In this document: positions 45,866 through 55,470 of the stretch, one piece after another
Position numbering within the stretch: position 1 is the first letter of the stretch
How the letters are laid out: each line of letters starts with the position of its first letter
DNA from: an uncultured virus (IMG/VR IMGVR_UViG_3300043435_001124)
Taxonomy: Duplodnaviria; Heunggongvirae; Uroviricota; Caudoviricetes
Strand: one strand, 5' to 3'
DNA: 64,000 bases
Virus record (IMG/VR): IMGVR_UViG_3300043435_001124
Notes under the pieces: generated by a model
Database searches by the model: none
The model's input: only the letters and a program-made list of their open reading frames with translations
What the model was told of the DNA's origin: nothing
Made by a program: the position numbers and the translations under genes

Positions 45866-47068
45866 ATGTCTCGTGGTAAAAACTTACAGGAAATGGAATC
45901 AGGCACAAAGAAATCCACAACTGCCGTAAATGCTAACGCAAAAGCAGGGGATGCAATGCCTAAACTTGCGTCTGGTGCAGTTGCTGGTCAAACTGGTAGT
46001 TGGGAAGATTTAGGTGGACCTACTCCAGATAATTATACATCGGATGAGAATGGTCCAGCAAAACTTAAGGATGCTGGTTCCGGCCTTAAGCAAGTTAAGG
46101 ATGTAGTAAATAAAGGCGCAAAGTCTGCCGATCCTATGAAGGGTCTTAAGAAATCTGATGCCGTAAAGGAAGAAGAAGAATTGGGAGATGAAGATCTTAT
46201 TTCAGAAGAAGATTCTGAAGATGAAGATCTAATCTCCGAGGAAGATGAAGATGAAGATGAAAAAGAAGATAAAGGTAAGAAAAAGTCCAAGAAAGATGAT
46301 GAGGACGAAGAGGATGATGATGAAGATGAAATGAAGGAGGAGTTTGATATTGAAGAAGATGTCAATGCTCTACTTCATGGAGAAGATCTCTCAGAAGAAT
46401 TCCAAGAAAAAGCAAGGATGATTTTTGAATCTGCTCTTCGTTCAAAAGTTAATGAAATACGTGAGTCACTTGAAGTTCAATATGAAGAGAAACTCATAGA
46501 AGAAGTTCTAGTAATCAAAGAAGAACTAGAAGAGCGTCTAGACGCTTATCTAGAGTATGTTGCTGAAGAGTGGGTAGATGAAAACACTCTTGCTATTGAG
46601 ACCGGTCTCAAGGAAGAACTCACTGAGTCATTCCTTGGTGGTCTCAAGCAACTTTTTGAAGAACATTATGTAGAAATCCCTGAAGAAAAATATGATGTAC
46701 TTGAGAATATGGTAGGAAAACTTGATGATATGGAGACTAAACTCAACGAGCAAATTGAAAGAAATATTCAACTCAACAAGCGTCTCTCAGAGTCGGTTGC
46801 TGATAGAATCTTTGATGAAATTTCTGAAGGTCTTGCGACCACTCAGAAGGAAAAGCTCGCTTCACTTTCCGAAAGTGTAGAGTTTGAGAGTGAGACAGAA
46901 TATCGTGGAAGACTAGAGACTTTGAAGGAATCATATTTTCCTTCAAGAGTAGTTTCTTCATCTGCAACAACTGAAACATTATCTGAAGGAGTAAACGTTG
47001 CAACTGAGTATCACTCAGATTCAATGAATACTTACTTGAGGACTCTTTCAGCAGTTGTAAAACGCTGA
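45866..47068 (+). CDS. gp22: Prohead core scaffold protein gp22
   Basis: Acidic coiled coil, YLEYVAEEW; lies between gp21 and gp23. Confidence 0.9.
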   Translation: MSRGKNLQEMESGTKKSTTAVNANAKAGDAMPKLASGAVAGQTGSWEDLGGPTPDNYTSDENGPAKLKDAGSGLKQVKDVVNKGAKSADPMKGLKKSDAVKEEEELGDEDLISEEDSEDEDLISEEDEDEDEKEDKGKKKSKKDDEDEEDDDEDEMKEEFDIEEDVNALLHGEDLSEEFQEKARMIFESALRSKVNEIRESLEVQYEEKLIEEVLVIKEELEERLDAYLEYVAEEWVDENTLAIETGLKEELTESFLGGLKQLFEEHYVEIPEEKYDVLENMVGKLDDMETKLNEQIERNIQLNKRLSESVADRIFDEISEGLATTQKEKLASLSESVEFESETEYRGRLETLKESYFPSRVVSSSATTETLSEGVNVATEYHSDSMNTYLRTLSAVVKR

Positions 47069-47122
47069 ATTTACTATTTAATCAAACAAAACAATTTCAA
47101 TTTTTTACAGAGGTAAAAGGCA

Positions 47123-48535
47123 ATGTTTCAATCAGAAAGATTGCAAGAAAAGTGGGCACCACTTCTGAACTATGAGGGTCTTGATCCAATCAAAGATTCA
47201 CACAGAAAGGCTGTAACTGCTGTCTTGCTAGAGAACCAAGAAAAATTTTTAAGAGAGCAAAGTTCTTTCTCTCACGGAGAGTTCCTTACTGAATCTCCAA
47301 CTATGTCCGCTGGAACCGGTGGATTTGGTGGAGACGCCTCTTCGGGTGGACCTGTTGCAGGTTTTGATCCAGTTCTAATTTCACTAATTAGACGCTCAAT
47401 GCCTAACTTGGTCGCTTATGACCTCGCTGGCGTTCAACCAATGACCGGACCTACTGGTCTTATCTTTGCTATGCGTTCACGTTACGGCGATCAGCGCACT
47501 GGAGATAATGAGACCTTCTACAACGAAGTAAATACCGCTTTCTCTGCTCAAAACAGCACTGGCACTGCAACTCAAGGTAATTATACCGGTGCAGCAGATG
47601 ATGGTGCTTCTGTAGGTTTCGGTACTACTACTAACCAAAGTGGCGATAATCCAGGTCTTCTTAATCCCAATGGTCAGTTGTCTTATACAACTGGTCAGGG
47701 TATGCAAACTGCCGATTCTGAGGCACTAGGTCAGGCTGGTGGTCCTCAGTTCAACGAAATGAATTTCTCTATTGAGAAAGTTCTAGTTGAAGCAAAGTCA
47801 CGCGCCCTGAAAGCTGAGTACAGTCTTGAACTTGCTCAAGACCTCAAGGCAATTCACGGTCTAAACGCCGAGGCAGAACTTGCGAATATTCTTTCTACTG
47901 AAATCCTTGCGGAAATCAATAGAGAAGTAATTCGTACCATCTACAAGGTTGCTAAGCCTGGCGCTCAAGCAAACGTAGCAACTGCTGGCGTATTTGACCT
48001 TGACGTTGACTCAAACGGTCGTTGGAGCGTTGAGAAGTTCAAGGGTCTACTCTTCCAGATTGAGCGTGATGCTAACGCTATCGCCCAACAAACTCGTAGA
48101 GGAAAGGGTAATGTTATTATGTGTTCTGCTGACGTTGCTTCCGCACTAAGCATGGCTGGTGTACTTGATTACACTCCTGCTCTAAATGCAAACCTCAACG
48201 TAGATGACACTGGTAACACCTTTGCTGGTATTCTACTTGGCAAGTTCCGCGTCTATATTGATCCTTATGCTGCGAACGTAAGTTCCAACCAATATTATGT
48301 TGTTGGTTATAAGGGTTCTTCACCTTATGATGCTGGTCTATTCTATTGTCCTTATGTTCCTCTCCAGATGGTTCGCGCCGTTGGTGAGAATAGTTTCCAA
48401 CCAAAAATTGGATTTAAGACTCGTTATGGTCTTGTTGCTAATCCATTCGCGGAAGGTTCTGCTCAAGGTCTTGGTAGAATTACTGCAAGTAGCAATACTT
48501 ACTACCGTCGTGTACTTGTTAAAAATCTTATGTGA
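47123..48535 (+). CDS. gp23: Major capsid protein gp23
   Basis: GVQPMTGPTGLIFAMR, SRALKAEYS.ELAQDLKAIHG and FQPKIGFKTRYG. Confidence 0.98.
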   Translation: MFQSERLQEKWAPLLNYEGLDPIKDSHRKAVTAVLLENQEKFLREQSSFSHGEFLTESPTMSAGTGGFGGDASSGGPVAGFDPVLISLIRRSMPNLVAYDLAGVQPMTGPTGLIFAMRSRYGDQRTGDNETFYNEVNTAFSAQNSTGTATQGNYTGAADDGASVGFGTTTNQSGDNPGLLNPNGQLSYTTGQGMQTADSEALGQAGGPQFNEMNFSIEKVLVEAKSRALKAEYSLELAQDLKAIHGLNAEAELANILSTEILAEINREVIRTIYKVAKPGAQANVATAGVFDLDVDSNGRWSVEKFKGLLFQIERDANAIAQQTRRGKGNVIMCSADVASALSMAGVLDYTPALNANLNVDDTGNTFAGILLGKFRVYIDPYAANVSSNQYYVVGYKGSSPYDAGLFYCPYVPLQMVRAVGENSFQPKIGFKTRYGLVANPFAEGSAQGLGRITASSNTYYRRVLVKNLM

Positions 48536-48561
48536 GTCTCATTTGAGATTAAACAATACTG

Positions 48562-48585
48562 GGGAGGAGAAATCCTCCCTTTTTT
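48562..48585 (+). terminator. Rho-independent terminator after gp23
   Basis: GGGAGGA-GAAA-TCCTCCC followed by T6. Confidence 0.85.
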
Positions 48586-48626
48586 ATTGTAAATTTTTAA
48601 ATTAAGAACTAAATAGTTAAAAAACA

Positions 48627-49187
48627 ATGTTTAAAGGTCAAATAGAAAATAGAAATTTTTTATCCTCAGTAGGATTTAAATTTACTCTCAATAGAGCACC
48701 TAAAGTTGCTTTTTTTTCAAATACTGCTAATATACCATCAATTACTTTAGGTGTAGCAGAGCAACCGAATTATTTAAATAATATTCCAATTCCTGGAGAT
48801 AAAATGGAATTTGAAGATTTCACTCTACGATTTCTTGTAGATGAAAATCTTGAAAATTATATGGAAATTCAAAACTGGATGCGAGGTCTTGGATTCCCAG
48901 AATCACTCAAAGAAATATATGATTGGCAAAATACAAATGAACAATTTGAGCAACCATACAATTCTCAAATGAATCTATACTCGGATGGCACTTTACTTGT
49001 TCTAAACAGTAATAAAAATTTTAATTTCAATATTAAATTCAGTTCAATGTTTCCATATCAATTAAGCACTTTACAGTTTGACGCTACAAATATTGATGAA
49101 GAATATTTTACTGCAGACGTATCATTTAAATATATGATGTATAATATAGTAGATAGAATAGGAAATCCATTAAATCCAACAAAATAA
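48627..49187 (+). CDS. gp3: Tail completion/tube terminator gp3
   Basis: NFLS..GFKF, FLVDENLENY; synteny after gp23. Confidence 0.82.
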   Translation: MFKGQIENRNFLSSVGFKFTLNRAPKVAFFSNTANIPSITLGVAEQPNYLNNIPIPGDKMEFEDFTLRFLVDENLENYMEIQNWMRGLGFPESLKEIYDWQNTNEQFEQPYNSQMNLYSDGTLLVLNSNKNFNFNIKFSSMFPYQLSTLQFDATNIDEEYFTADVSFKYMMYNIVDRIGNPLNPTK

Positions 49188-49190
49188 ATT

Positions 49191-49625
49191 ATGATTGATC
49201 TCGAAAAAATACAGGGAATGTGGGAAAAAGATTCAATAATAGATCCAGATAACTTGCACACAGAATCTTTAAACACTCCGGTACTTCATGCAAAGTATCA
49301 CGATATGTTTAATAATATATTACTTCTTAAGAAGAAAGCAGAACAACAGAAAAGAAATATAAGGCATCAAAAATATGAGTACTACACAGGAAAAGCAGAT
49401 CCTGATGTTTATGTGGAAAATCCATTTCCTAAAAAAATAAGAGATAAAGACACCCTTCAAAAATATATGGATGCAGACGAAAGTCTTTCTCAATCATCTC
49501 TAAAAGTAGAATATTATGATGTAATGTTAAGTTATCTTCAAGATATTCTGAAGATGATTCATAATAGAAACTACCAAATAAAAAATGCAATTGATTTTCA
49601 AAAATTTGCAAGTGGGTTAGGGTGA
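49191..49625 (+). CDS. uvsY: Recombination mediator UvsY
   Basis: WEKDS.ID...YYTGKA...R.YQIKNAI. Confidence 0.88.
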   Translation: MIDLEKIQGMWEKDSIIDPDNLHTESLNTPVLHAKYHDMFNNILLLKKKAEQQKRNIRHQKYEYYTGKADPDVYVENPFPKKIRDKDTLQKYMDADESLSQSSLKVEYYDVMLSYLQDILKMIHNRNYQIKNAIDFQKFASGLG

Positions 49626-49657
49626 TACAATAAATACTCATAGAAATTGATTATTCT

Positions 49658-51133
49658 ATGAGTGACGTAGTTATATCTAAAAAGAATGAAGTTTTCATAA
49701 AGTTGGAATGCGATCCTCATATCTTATATGAATTAGCACCATACTTTAGTTTTACTGTGGAATCGGCAAAGTTTATGCCACAGTATAGAGGAAAGAGGTG
49801 GGATGGAGAAATAAGACTACTAAGTACTGCTACTGGCGAAATATATGCGGGTCTTTTAGATAAGGTTATAGCAAAAATTAAAAATCATGGATATACTTAT
49901 GAATTTAAGTCTAATAAGTATTATGGTGCTCCTTTTGAAATAAATGAAGAAATATCACCAGATGGAGTATCTGGTTATATGAATCATATTTGCAATTTTA
50001 CGCCATATGATTATCAAATCAATGCTGTATATGAATGTTTGAGGTATAATAGAAAAACAATTATATCAGCAACATCTTCAGGTAAATCTTATATGATTTA
50101 CTCAATTGTAAGATACTATGCAACAAAAGGGTTTAAAACATTAGTTGTATTTCCCACAACATCTTTGATTCATCAAATGTTTAAAGATTGGTCTGAGTAT
50201 GGGTGGGATCCAGAAAATCATTGTCATATGATTTATTCAGGTCAAGAAAAGGATACAAATTTACCAATTACTCTTTCAACTTGGCAAAGTATTCATAAGT
50301 TAGATAAATCTTTTTTTGAAAATTATGATTGCGTGATTGTTGATGAATGTCACGGATGTAAAAGTAAAAGTCTTATTGACATTATGAAGAAGTCTCATAA
50401 TGCAAAGTATCGCTTCGGATTTACCGGAACACTTTCTAATGGAGGAAAAGACTCACAAACTCACGAGTGGGTTATCTCTGGGTTATTTGGTCCATCATAT
50501 AAAGCAGTAGGAACAAAAGAACTAATTGAAAAGGGAAGGGCATCTGAATTGGATATTCATTGCCTAGTACTAAAGCATAATCCACAAAAATTTGATAAGT
50601 ATGAGGATGAAATTCAATTTCTTATTACGAATGAGAAGAGAAACAATTTCATCAAAAATCTTGCTCTTGATATCAAAGGAAATACTCTAATTTTATTTTC
50701 AAGAGTAGAAACTCATGGACTACCTTTATACGAACTCATAAATAATGGTAGTGATAATAATCGTAAAATATTTTTTGTTCACGGTGGAGTTGATGTTAAA
50801 GAACGAGAGCAAGTAAGGGAGATTACTGAAAGAGAAAACAACGCAATAATCGTTGCTTCTTATGGTGTGTTTAGTACAGGTATTTCAATCAAAAATTTAC
50901 ATAATGTAATTTTTGCTTCTCCAAGTAAGTCAAGAATTCGTAATTTACAGTCAATCGGTAGAGTTTTAAGAAAAGGAAGTAATAAAGATAAAGCAACTCT
51001 TTATGATATTTCTGACGATTGTACTTATAATTCAAGAAAAAACTATACATTAAATCACTTTATAGAAAGGATTAAGATTTATACTGAAGAAGATTTTAAT
51101 TACGAAATAATAACAATCAATCTAAAAGAATAA
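49658..51133 (+). CDS. uvsW: UvsW SF2 helicase
   Basis: WDG.IRL, TSSGKS, DECH, GFTGT and QSIGR.LR motifs. Confidence 0.94.
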   Translation: MSDVVISKKNEVFIKLECDPHILYELAPYFSFTVESAKFMPQYRGKRWDGEIRLLSTATGEIYAGLLDKVIAKIKNHGYTYEFKSNKYYGAPFEINEEISPDGVSGYMNHICNFTPYDYQINAVYECLRYNRKTIISATSSGKSYMIYSIVRYYATKGFKTLVVFPTTSLIHQMFKDWSEYGWDPENHCHMIYSGQEKDTNLPITLSTWQSIHKLDKSFFENYDCVIVDECHGCKSKSLIDIMKKSHNAKYRFGFTGTLSNGGKDSQTHEWVISGLFGPSYKAVGTKELIEKGRASELDIHCLVLKHNPQKFDKYEDEIQFLITNEKRNNFIKNLALDIKGNTLILFSRVETHGLPLYELINNGSDNNRKIFFVHGGVDVKEREQVREITERENNAIIVASYGVFSTGISIKNLHNVIFASPSKSRIRNLQSIGRVLRKGSNKDKATLYDISDDCTYNSRKNYTLNHFIERIKIYTEEDFNYEIITINLKE

Positions 51134-51134
51134 T

Positions 51135-51524
51135 ATGGAAGATGACTTTTATGCTTCAATTAAGTTAAAGACTGGAGAAGAGATATTTGCTCGTGTTCTC
51201 CCGTGTGATGAAGAAAATAAAATAACATTAATTGTTACAAATCCAATTATAATTACAAGTGTCAAAGGTCGTGGAGATTCCTCTGGTTACAAAATAGAAC
51301 CATGGATGAAAACAACAACTGAAGATATGTTTATAATTCATATGAATAATGTAATAACTATGACTGAAACAAACGATTTAGAGATAATTATGATACATCA
51401 ATCATTTGTAAGAAGAATTGAGGATATGAAAAATAACAGACATAGTGTATCACGTAAAATGGGATACATTGCAAATGTAAATGATGCTAAAGAACTATTA
51501 GAAAAGATTTATAACAACTCATAG
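51135..51524 (+). CDS. Conserved T4-like hypothetical protein (Sm-like fold candidate)
   Basis: IKLKTGEEI...PW; usual position between uvsW and gp55. Confidence 0.7.
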   Translation: MEDDFYASIKLKTGEEIFARVLPCDEENKITLIVTNPIIITSVKGRGDSSGYKIEPWMKTTTEDMFIIHMNNVITMTETNDLEIIMIHQSFVRRIEDMKNNRHSVSRKMGYIANVNDAKELLEKIYNNS

Positions 51525-51621
51525 ATATCACTTCGTGATAGTTTCCTTCGGAAACTAATCTTGTTATATAATTATTCTAGTAATATAGAAGCTTTAACTC
51601 ACTCTCAAAACCCACAAGCCT

Positions 51622-51651
51622 ATTATACATACATTCGTATAGGTCTGTCAA
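51622..51651 (-). promoter_or_regulatory. Consensus sigma70 promoter on the minus strand
   Basis: Reverse complement reads TTGACA-N18-TATAAT. Confidence 0.7.
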
Positions 51652-51655
51652 GTGG

Positions 51656-51684
51656 TTGTTATTTCAGCAATTACGTGTTATAAT
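51656..51684 (+). promoter_or_regulatory. Sigma70 promoter for gp55
   Basis: TTGTTA-N17-TATAAT with extended TG. Confidence 0.75.
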
Positions 51685-51710
51685 ATCTACATAATAAATT
51701 AGAAATACTT

Positions 51711-52250
51711 ATGATTTCAACTGAAGTAATGGCAAAGAGAAAAAGGTCTGTTCATTATGTGAACAATAAAGAATTTTTAGAAGCACTCATTGTTTATAAA
51801 AAGAAATTAAGGGACGCAGCAGAAAAAGAAATACCCAATATTACTGATGATGAATTAAAAAAATGGGTTAGTCCAAATAGACCTCCAATTCCAAATTATA
51901 TTGGTGAATGTATTCTTAAAATTGCTACGCACCTATCCTTTAAACCTAATTTTGTAAATTATATGTTTAAAGATGACATGATTTCCGATGGCATCGAAAA
52001 TTGCATTCAATATCTTCATAACTTTAATCCAGAGAAATCTCAAAATCCTTTTGCATACTTTACTCAAATTATTCACTTTGCATTTCTTCGTCGTATTCAA
52101 AAAGAAAAACGTCAATTAGAAATCAAAAATAAAATTTTAGAAAGAACTGGGTTTGATGAAGTCTTTACAGATGATAATCATATTGACGGTACAAACTATT
52201 CGGATTATAATTCTATTAAAGATAATGTACATATCCGAATGAATTCTTGA
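51711..52250 (+). CDS. gp55: Late sigma factor gp55
   Basis: HYVNNKEF, MISDGIENC..Y..NF.P and NPFAYFTQI..AF.RRI.KEK. Confidence 0.95.
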   Translation: MISTEVMAKRKRSVHYVNNKEFLEALIVYKKKLRDAAEKEIPNITDDELKKWVSPNRPPIPNYIGECILKIATHLSFKPNFVNYMFKDDMISDGIENCIQYLHNFNPEKSQNPFAYFTQIIHFAFLRRIQKEKRQLEIKNKILERTGFDEVFTDDNHIDGTNYSDYNSIKDNVHIRMNS

Positions 52251-52252
52251 AT

Positions 52253-53290
52253 ATGCGCGTAGCAATTTTAACAGACACCCACTGGTCTGCCAGAAAGTCT
52301 TCCAGATTATTTCAAGATTATTTTGAGCAATTCTATAAAAATGTGTTTTTCCCGACGCTGGAACAGTACGGGATTGATACAGTTATTCATATGGGTGATG
52401 CTTTTGATAGTCGTAAATCAATTGATTTTGCTGGACTTGATTGGACTCGTAAAGTTGTACTTGAACCACTTTCAAAATATAAGGTTCATCTAATTACTGG
52501 AAATCACGATGTTTATTTTAAGAATTCTAATAAAGTAAATTCTCCTGAACTTTTACTTAAAGATTATGGGAATATAACAACTTACTCTGAACCAACTGAG
52601 GTTAATATTGGGGGTTTAAATATTCTTCTTCTTCCCTGGATTAATTCTGAAAATCAAGATAAATCATTTAAATTGATTAAGAATACTAAAGCAAAGGTTG
52701 TAATGGGGCACCTTGAACTTCAAGGATTTAGAGTAAATAAAAACTTAGTAATGAATGAACATGGATTGGAAGCAAATATTTTTTCAAACTTCGCAAAGGT
52801 ATTTTCTGGTCATTACCACACTCGTTCTGATAATGGAACTGTCTTCTATCTGGGTAATCCTTACGAGATATACTGGAATGATGTAAATGATCCTCGTGGA
52901 TTTACTATTTTTGATACTGAAACATTAGAACATTTTCATATAGATAACCCCTATCGTATGTTCTATAACATATATTATGAGGACACTCCATATCAGACAT
53001 TTGATGTGAGGGAGTATGAGAATAAAATTGTTCGGGTAATTGTTCGTAAAAAAACAGATATTAAGCAATTTGAAAGATTTGTTGATAAACTTTATACTGC
53101 GAATATTAGTGAAATTAAAATTGTTGAAAATTTTCAAATTATAAACTTGGAAGAGTTTGAGGCATTTGAATCTGAAGATACTTTTTCTATTCTCCAAAGA
53201 TATGTGACTGAAAGTGAATGTGAACTGGATAAAACTACTATAATTAATATACTGGAAGAAGTATACAAAGAAGCATTAGAGATGGTATAA
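52253..53290 (+). CDS. gp47: Recombination nuclease gp47 (Mre11/SbcD-like)
   Basis: TDTH, GD.FD.R, GNHD and SGHYH metallophosphoesterase motifs. Confidence 0.94.
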   Translation: MRVAILTDTHWSARKSSRLFQDYFEQFYKNVFFPTLEQYGIDTVIHMGDAFDSRKSIDFAGLDWTRKVVLEPLSKYKVHLITGNHDVYFKNSNKVNSPELLLKDYGNITTYSEPTEVNIGGLNILLLPWINSENQDKSFKLIKNTKAKVVMGHLELQGFRVNKNLVMNEHGLEANIFSNFAKVFSGHYHTRSDNGTVFYLGNPYEIYWNDVNDPRGFTIFDTETLEHFHIDNPYRMFYNIYYEDTPYQTFDVREYENKIVRVIVRKKTDIKQFERFVDKLYTANISEIKIVENFQIINLEEFEAFESEDTFSILQRYVTESECELDKTTIINILEEVYKEALEMV

Positions 53291-53565
53291 TGTATCTCAT
53301 AACACTTGAAGGGAACGAAGACGAAGGTGTCTATGCTGCCGTGGATGAGTTAGGTAATAATATTGTTTATATCTTTGAAGAAAGAGATGATGCTGTTAGA
53401 TTTGCAATGTTATTAGAAGAAGATGATTATCCTAAAATGAGTGTAGTTGAAGTTGAAGAAAAAGTTGTTGTGAAATCATGTGAAATACGTGATTATGAGT
53501 ATAGAATCTTCACTCCAAACGATATTGTAATTCCACCTCAACCAGAAAATACTGATTTTATTTAA
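53290..53565 (+). CDS. Hypothetical acidic protein (91 aa)
   Basis: ORF track; FEERDDAVRFA..L...D.VIPP. Confidence 0.75.
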   Translation: MYLITLEGNEDEGVYAAVDELGNNIVYIFEERDDAVRFAMLLEEDDYPKMSVVEVEEKVVVKSCEIRDYEYRIFTPNDIVIPPQPENTDFI

Positions 53566-53567
53566 AA

Positions 53568-55277
53568 ATGATTGATTTTGAAAAAATAAAGTTCAAAAAC
53601 TTTTTAGGTGTTGGAAATCAATTTACTGAAATTGATTTTAAGAAATCTGCAACTACATTGATTATTGGTTCAAATGGTGCTGGAAAAACTACACTTTTGG
53701 ATGCTCTTACTTTTGTTCTTTTTGGTAAGTCATTTCGTGGCATTAATAAACCACAATTAATTAATGCCACCAACGAACGTGATTGTGTCGTAGAAGTTGA
53801 ATTTAAAATTGCAACAACTGCATATAAAGTTCGCAGAGGAATTAAACCAAATATTTTTGAGATATATCGTAATGGATCCTTATTAGACCAAAGTTCTTCT
53901 GCGGTAGACCAACAAAAATGGTTTGAGCAATCAGTTCTTAAAATGAACTATAAGTCATTTACTCAAATTGTAATTATTGGTAGTAGTAACTTCGTTCCTT
54001 TTATGCAACTTTCCTCTACTCATCGTAGAGAAGTAATTGAAGATTTGCTTGATATTAAAATCTTCTCGTCTATGAATACCATTATTAAGGATAAAATTCG
54101 TCAAATTAAAGATGAGATCCGAACTCTAGATTTGAAGAAACAAACCCTCAAAGATAAAGTTGAAATGCAAAAAAACTTTATTGATGAACTTGAAAATCGT
54201 GGAAAAGAGAATATCAAGCAGAGAAAAAGTAAAATCAATATTTTAATTGATGAAGTTGAAGTTTATATAAATGAAAACTCATTGCTTGATCAGAATATTT
54301 TTTCTCTGAATAAAAACCTCGAGGAAGTAAATGATGCTTCTATTAAATTAAAAAAACTCGGTAATCTTAAAGGTAAAATTTCACAAAAAGTATCAACTAT
54401 TACTACTGAGTATAAATTTTTCAAAGAGAATACGGTATGCCCTACTTGCACTCAAGAAATTGGGGAAAAATTTAGGTTAAATAAGATTAGTGATGCTGAA
54501 AAAAAAGCAAAAGAACTTCGTGATGGATATAGTGAACTTGAACAAGTAATTCAAGATGAGGAAGAACGAGAAAGACAATTTCTTATGCTTTCAAAAGAAT
54601 TATCAAAACTATCAAATGAAATTTCCCAGAATAACACTCGCATCTCTAGTCATCAAAGACAAATTCGGGATTTTGAATCAGAAGTTCAAACAATTGCCGA
54701 ACAACTTGAAAATAGAAATACTGAACATGAAAAACTAAAAGTATATATTGAAACTCTTAAAAATATTTTTGATGAACTATCTTCCAAAAAAGAGTTAGTT
54801 ACTTATCACGATTTTACATATTCTCTTCTCAAAGATAGTGGAGTTAAGTCAAAGATTATTACAAAATATCTTCCATTAATTAATCAACAAATTAATCGTT
54901 ATCTTCAGATGATGGATTTTTATATTAATTTTACTCTGGATGAAGAGTTTAATGAGAAGGTACAATCACCAATTTATGAAGACTTTTCTTATAATTCATT
55001 TAGTGAGGGTGAAAAGTCTAGGATAAATCTTGCGTTATTGTTTGCCTGGAGAGAAGTAGCAAAGTTAAAAAATTCCGTTTCTTGCAATCTTATTATTTTT
55101 GATGAAGTATTTGATAGTTCATTAGATAGTTCGGGAACTGATGAATTTTTGAAAATTATTCGTTATGTGATTAGTGATGCTAATATATTTGTAATTTCTC
55201 ATAAGAGTGGCTTGGAGGACAAATTTGAAAGTGTCATAAGAGTTGAGAAGAGAAAGAATTTTTCACATATACTCTAA
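53568..55277 (+). CDS. gp46: Recombination ATPase gp46 (Rad50/SbcC-like)
   Basis: GSNGAGKT, CPTC hook, FSEGE signature, DEVFD. Confidence 0.95.
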   Translation: MIDFEKIKFKNFLGVGNQFTEIDFKKSATTLIIGSNGAGKTTLLDALTFVLFGKSFRGINKPQLINATNERDCVVEVEFKIATTAYKVRRGIKPNIFEIYRNGSLLDQSSSAVDQQKWFEQSVLKMNYKSFTQIVIIGSSNFVPFMQLSSTHRREVIEDLLDIKIFSSMNTIIKDKIRQIKDEIRTLDLKKQTLKDKVEMQKNFIDELENRGKENIKQRKSKINILIDEVEVYINENSLLDQNIFSLNKNLEEVNDASIKLKKLGNLKGKISQKVSTITTEYKFFKENTVCPTCTQEIGEKFRLNKISDAEKKAKELRDGYSELEQVIQDEEERERQFLMLSKELSKLSNEISQNNTRISSHQRQIRDFESEVQTIAEQLENRNTEHEKLKVYIETLKNIFDELSSKKELVTYHDFTYSLLKDSGVKSKIITKYLPLINQQINRYLQMMDFYINFTLDEEFNEKVQSPIYEDFSYNSFSEGEKSRINLALLFAWREVAKLKNSVSCNLIIFDEVFDSSLDSSGTDEFLKIIRYVISDANIFVISHKSGLEDKFESVIRVEKRKNFSHIL

Positions 55278-55299
55278 ATACTTCAAACCAGTAAGACCG

Positions 55300-55446
55300 A
55301 TGCAAGTTCCAAACCGATTTCATCATTCCAAAAAGGATCAGAAGCGAAAACTGAAACCTCAAGCACTCCGACAAGCGAGAGAACGACTCGCCCAGTTCAA
55401 AAAGCGTCACAGTACCTCCCCCAAAAAGGGAGGTTCTTTTGTATGA
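55300..55446 (+). CDS. Small basic protein (48 aa, MQVPNRFHHSKKDQKRKLKPQALRQAR...)
   Basis: Internal ATG of track ORF 55243..55446; fills the gap after gp46. Confidence 0.6.
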   Translation: MQVPNRFHHSKKDQKRKLKPQALRQARERLAQFKKRHSTSPKKGGSFV

Positions 55447-55447
55447 T
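55388..55447 (+). promoter_or_regulatory. Remote degenerate copy of the array promoter element
   Basis: TCGCCCAG-TTCAAAAA-GCGTCACA, CCTCCC/GGGAGG hairpin, TATGAT 30 nt after the palindrome. Confidence 0.6.
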
Positions 55448-55470
55448 GAATTCAATTCAACAAAATTCAA

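Noticed and set aside
46170..46360. GAAGAT-rich tandem repeat
   Set aside because: It encodes the acidic low-complexity linker of gp22 and is not an independent element.
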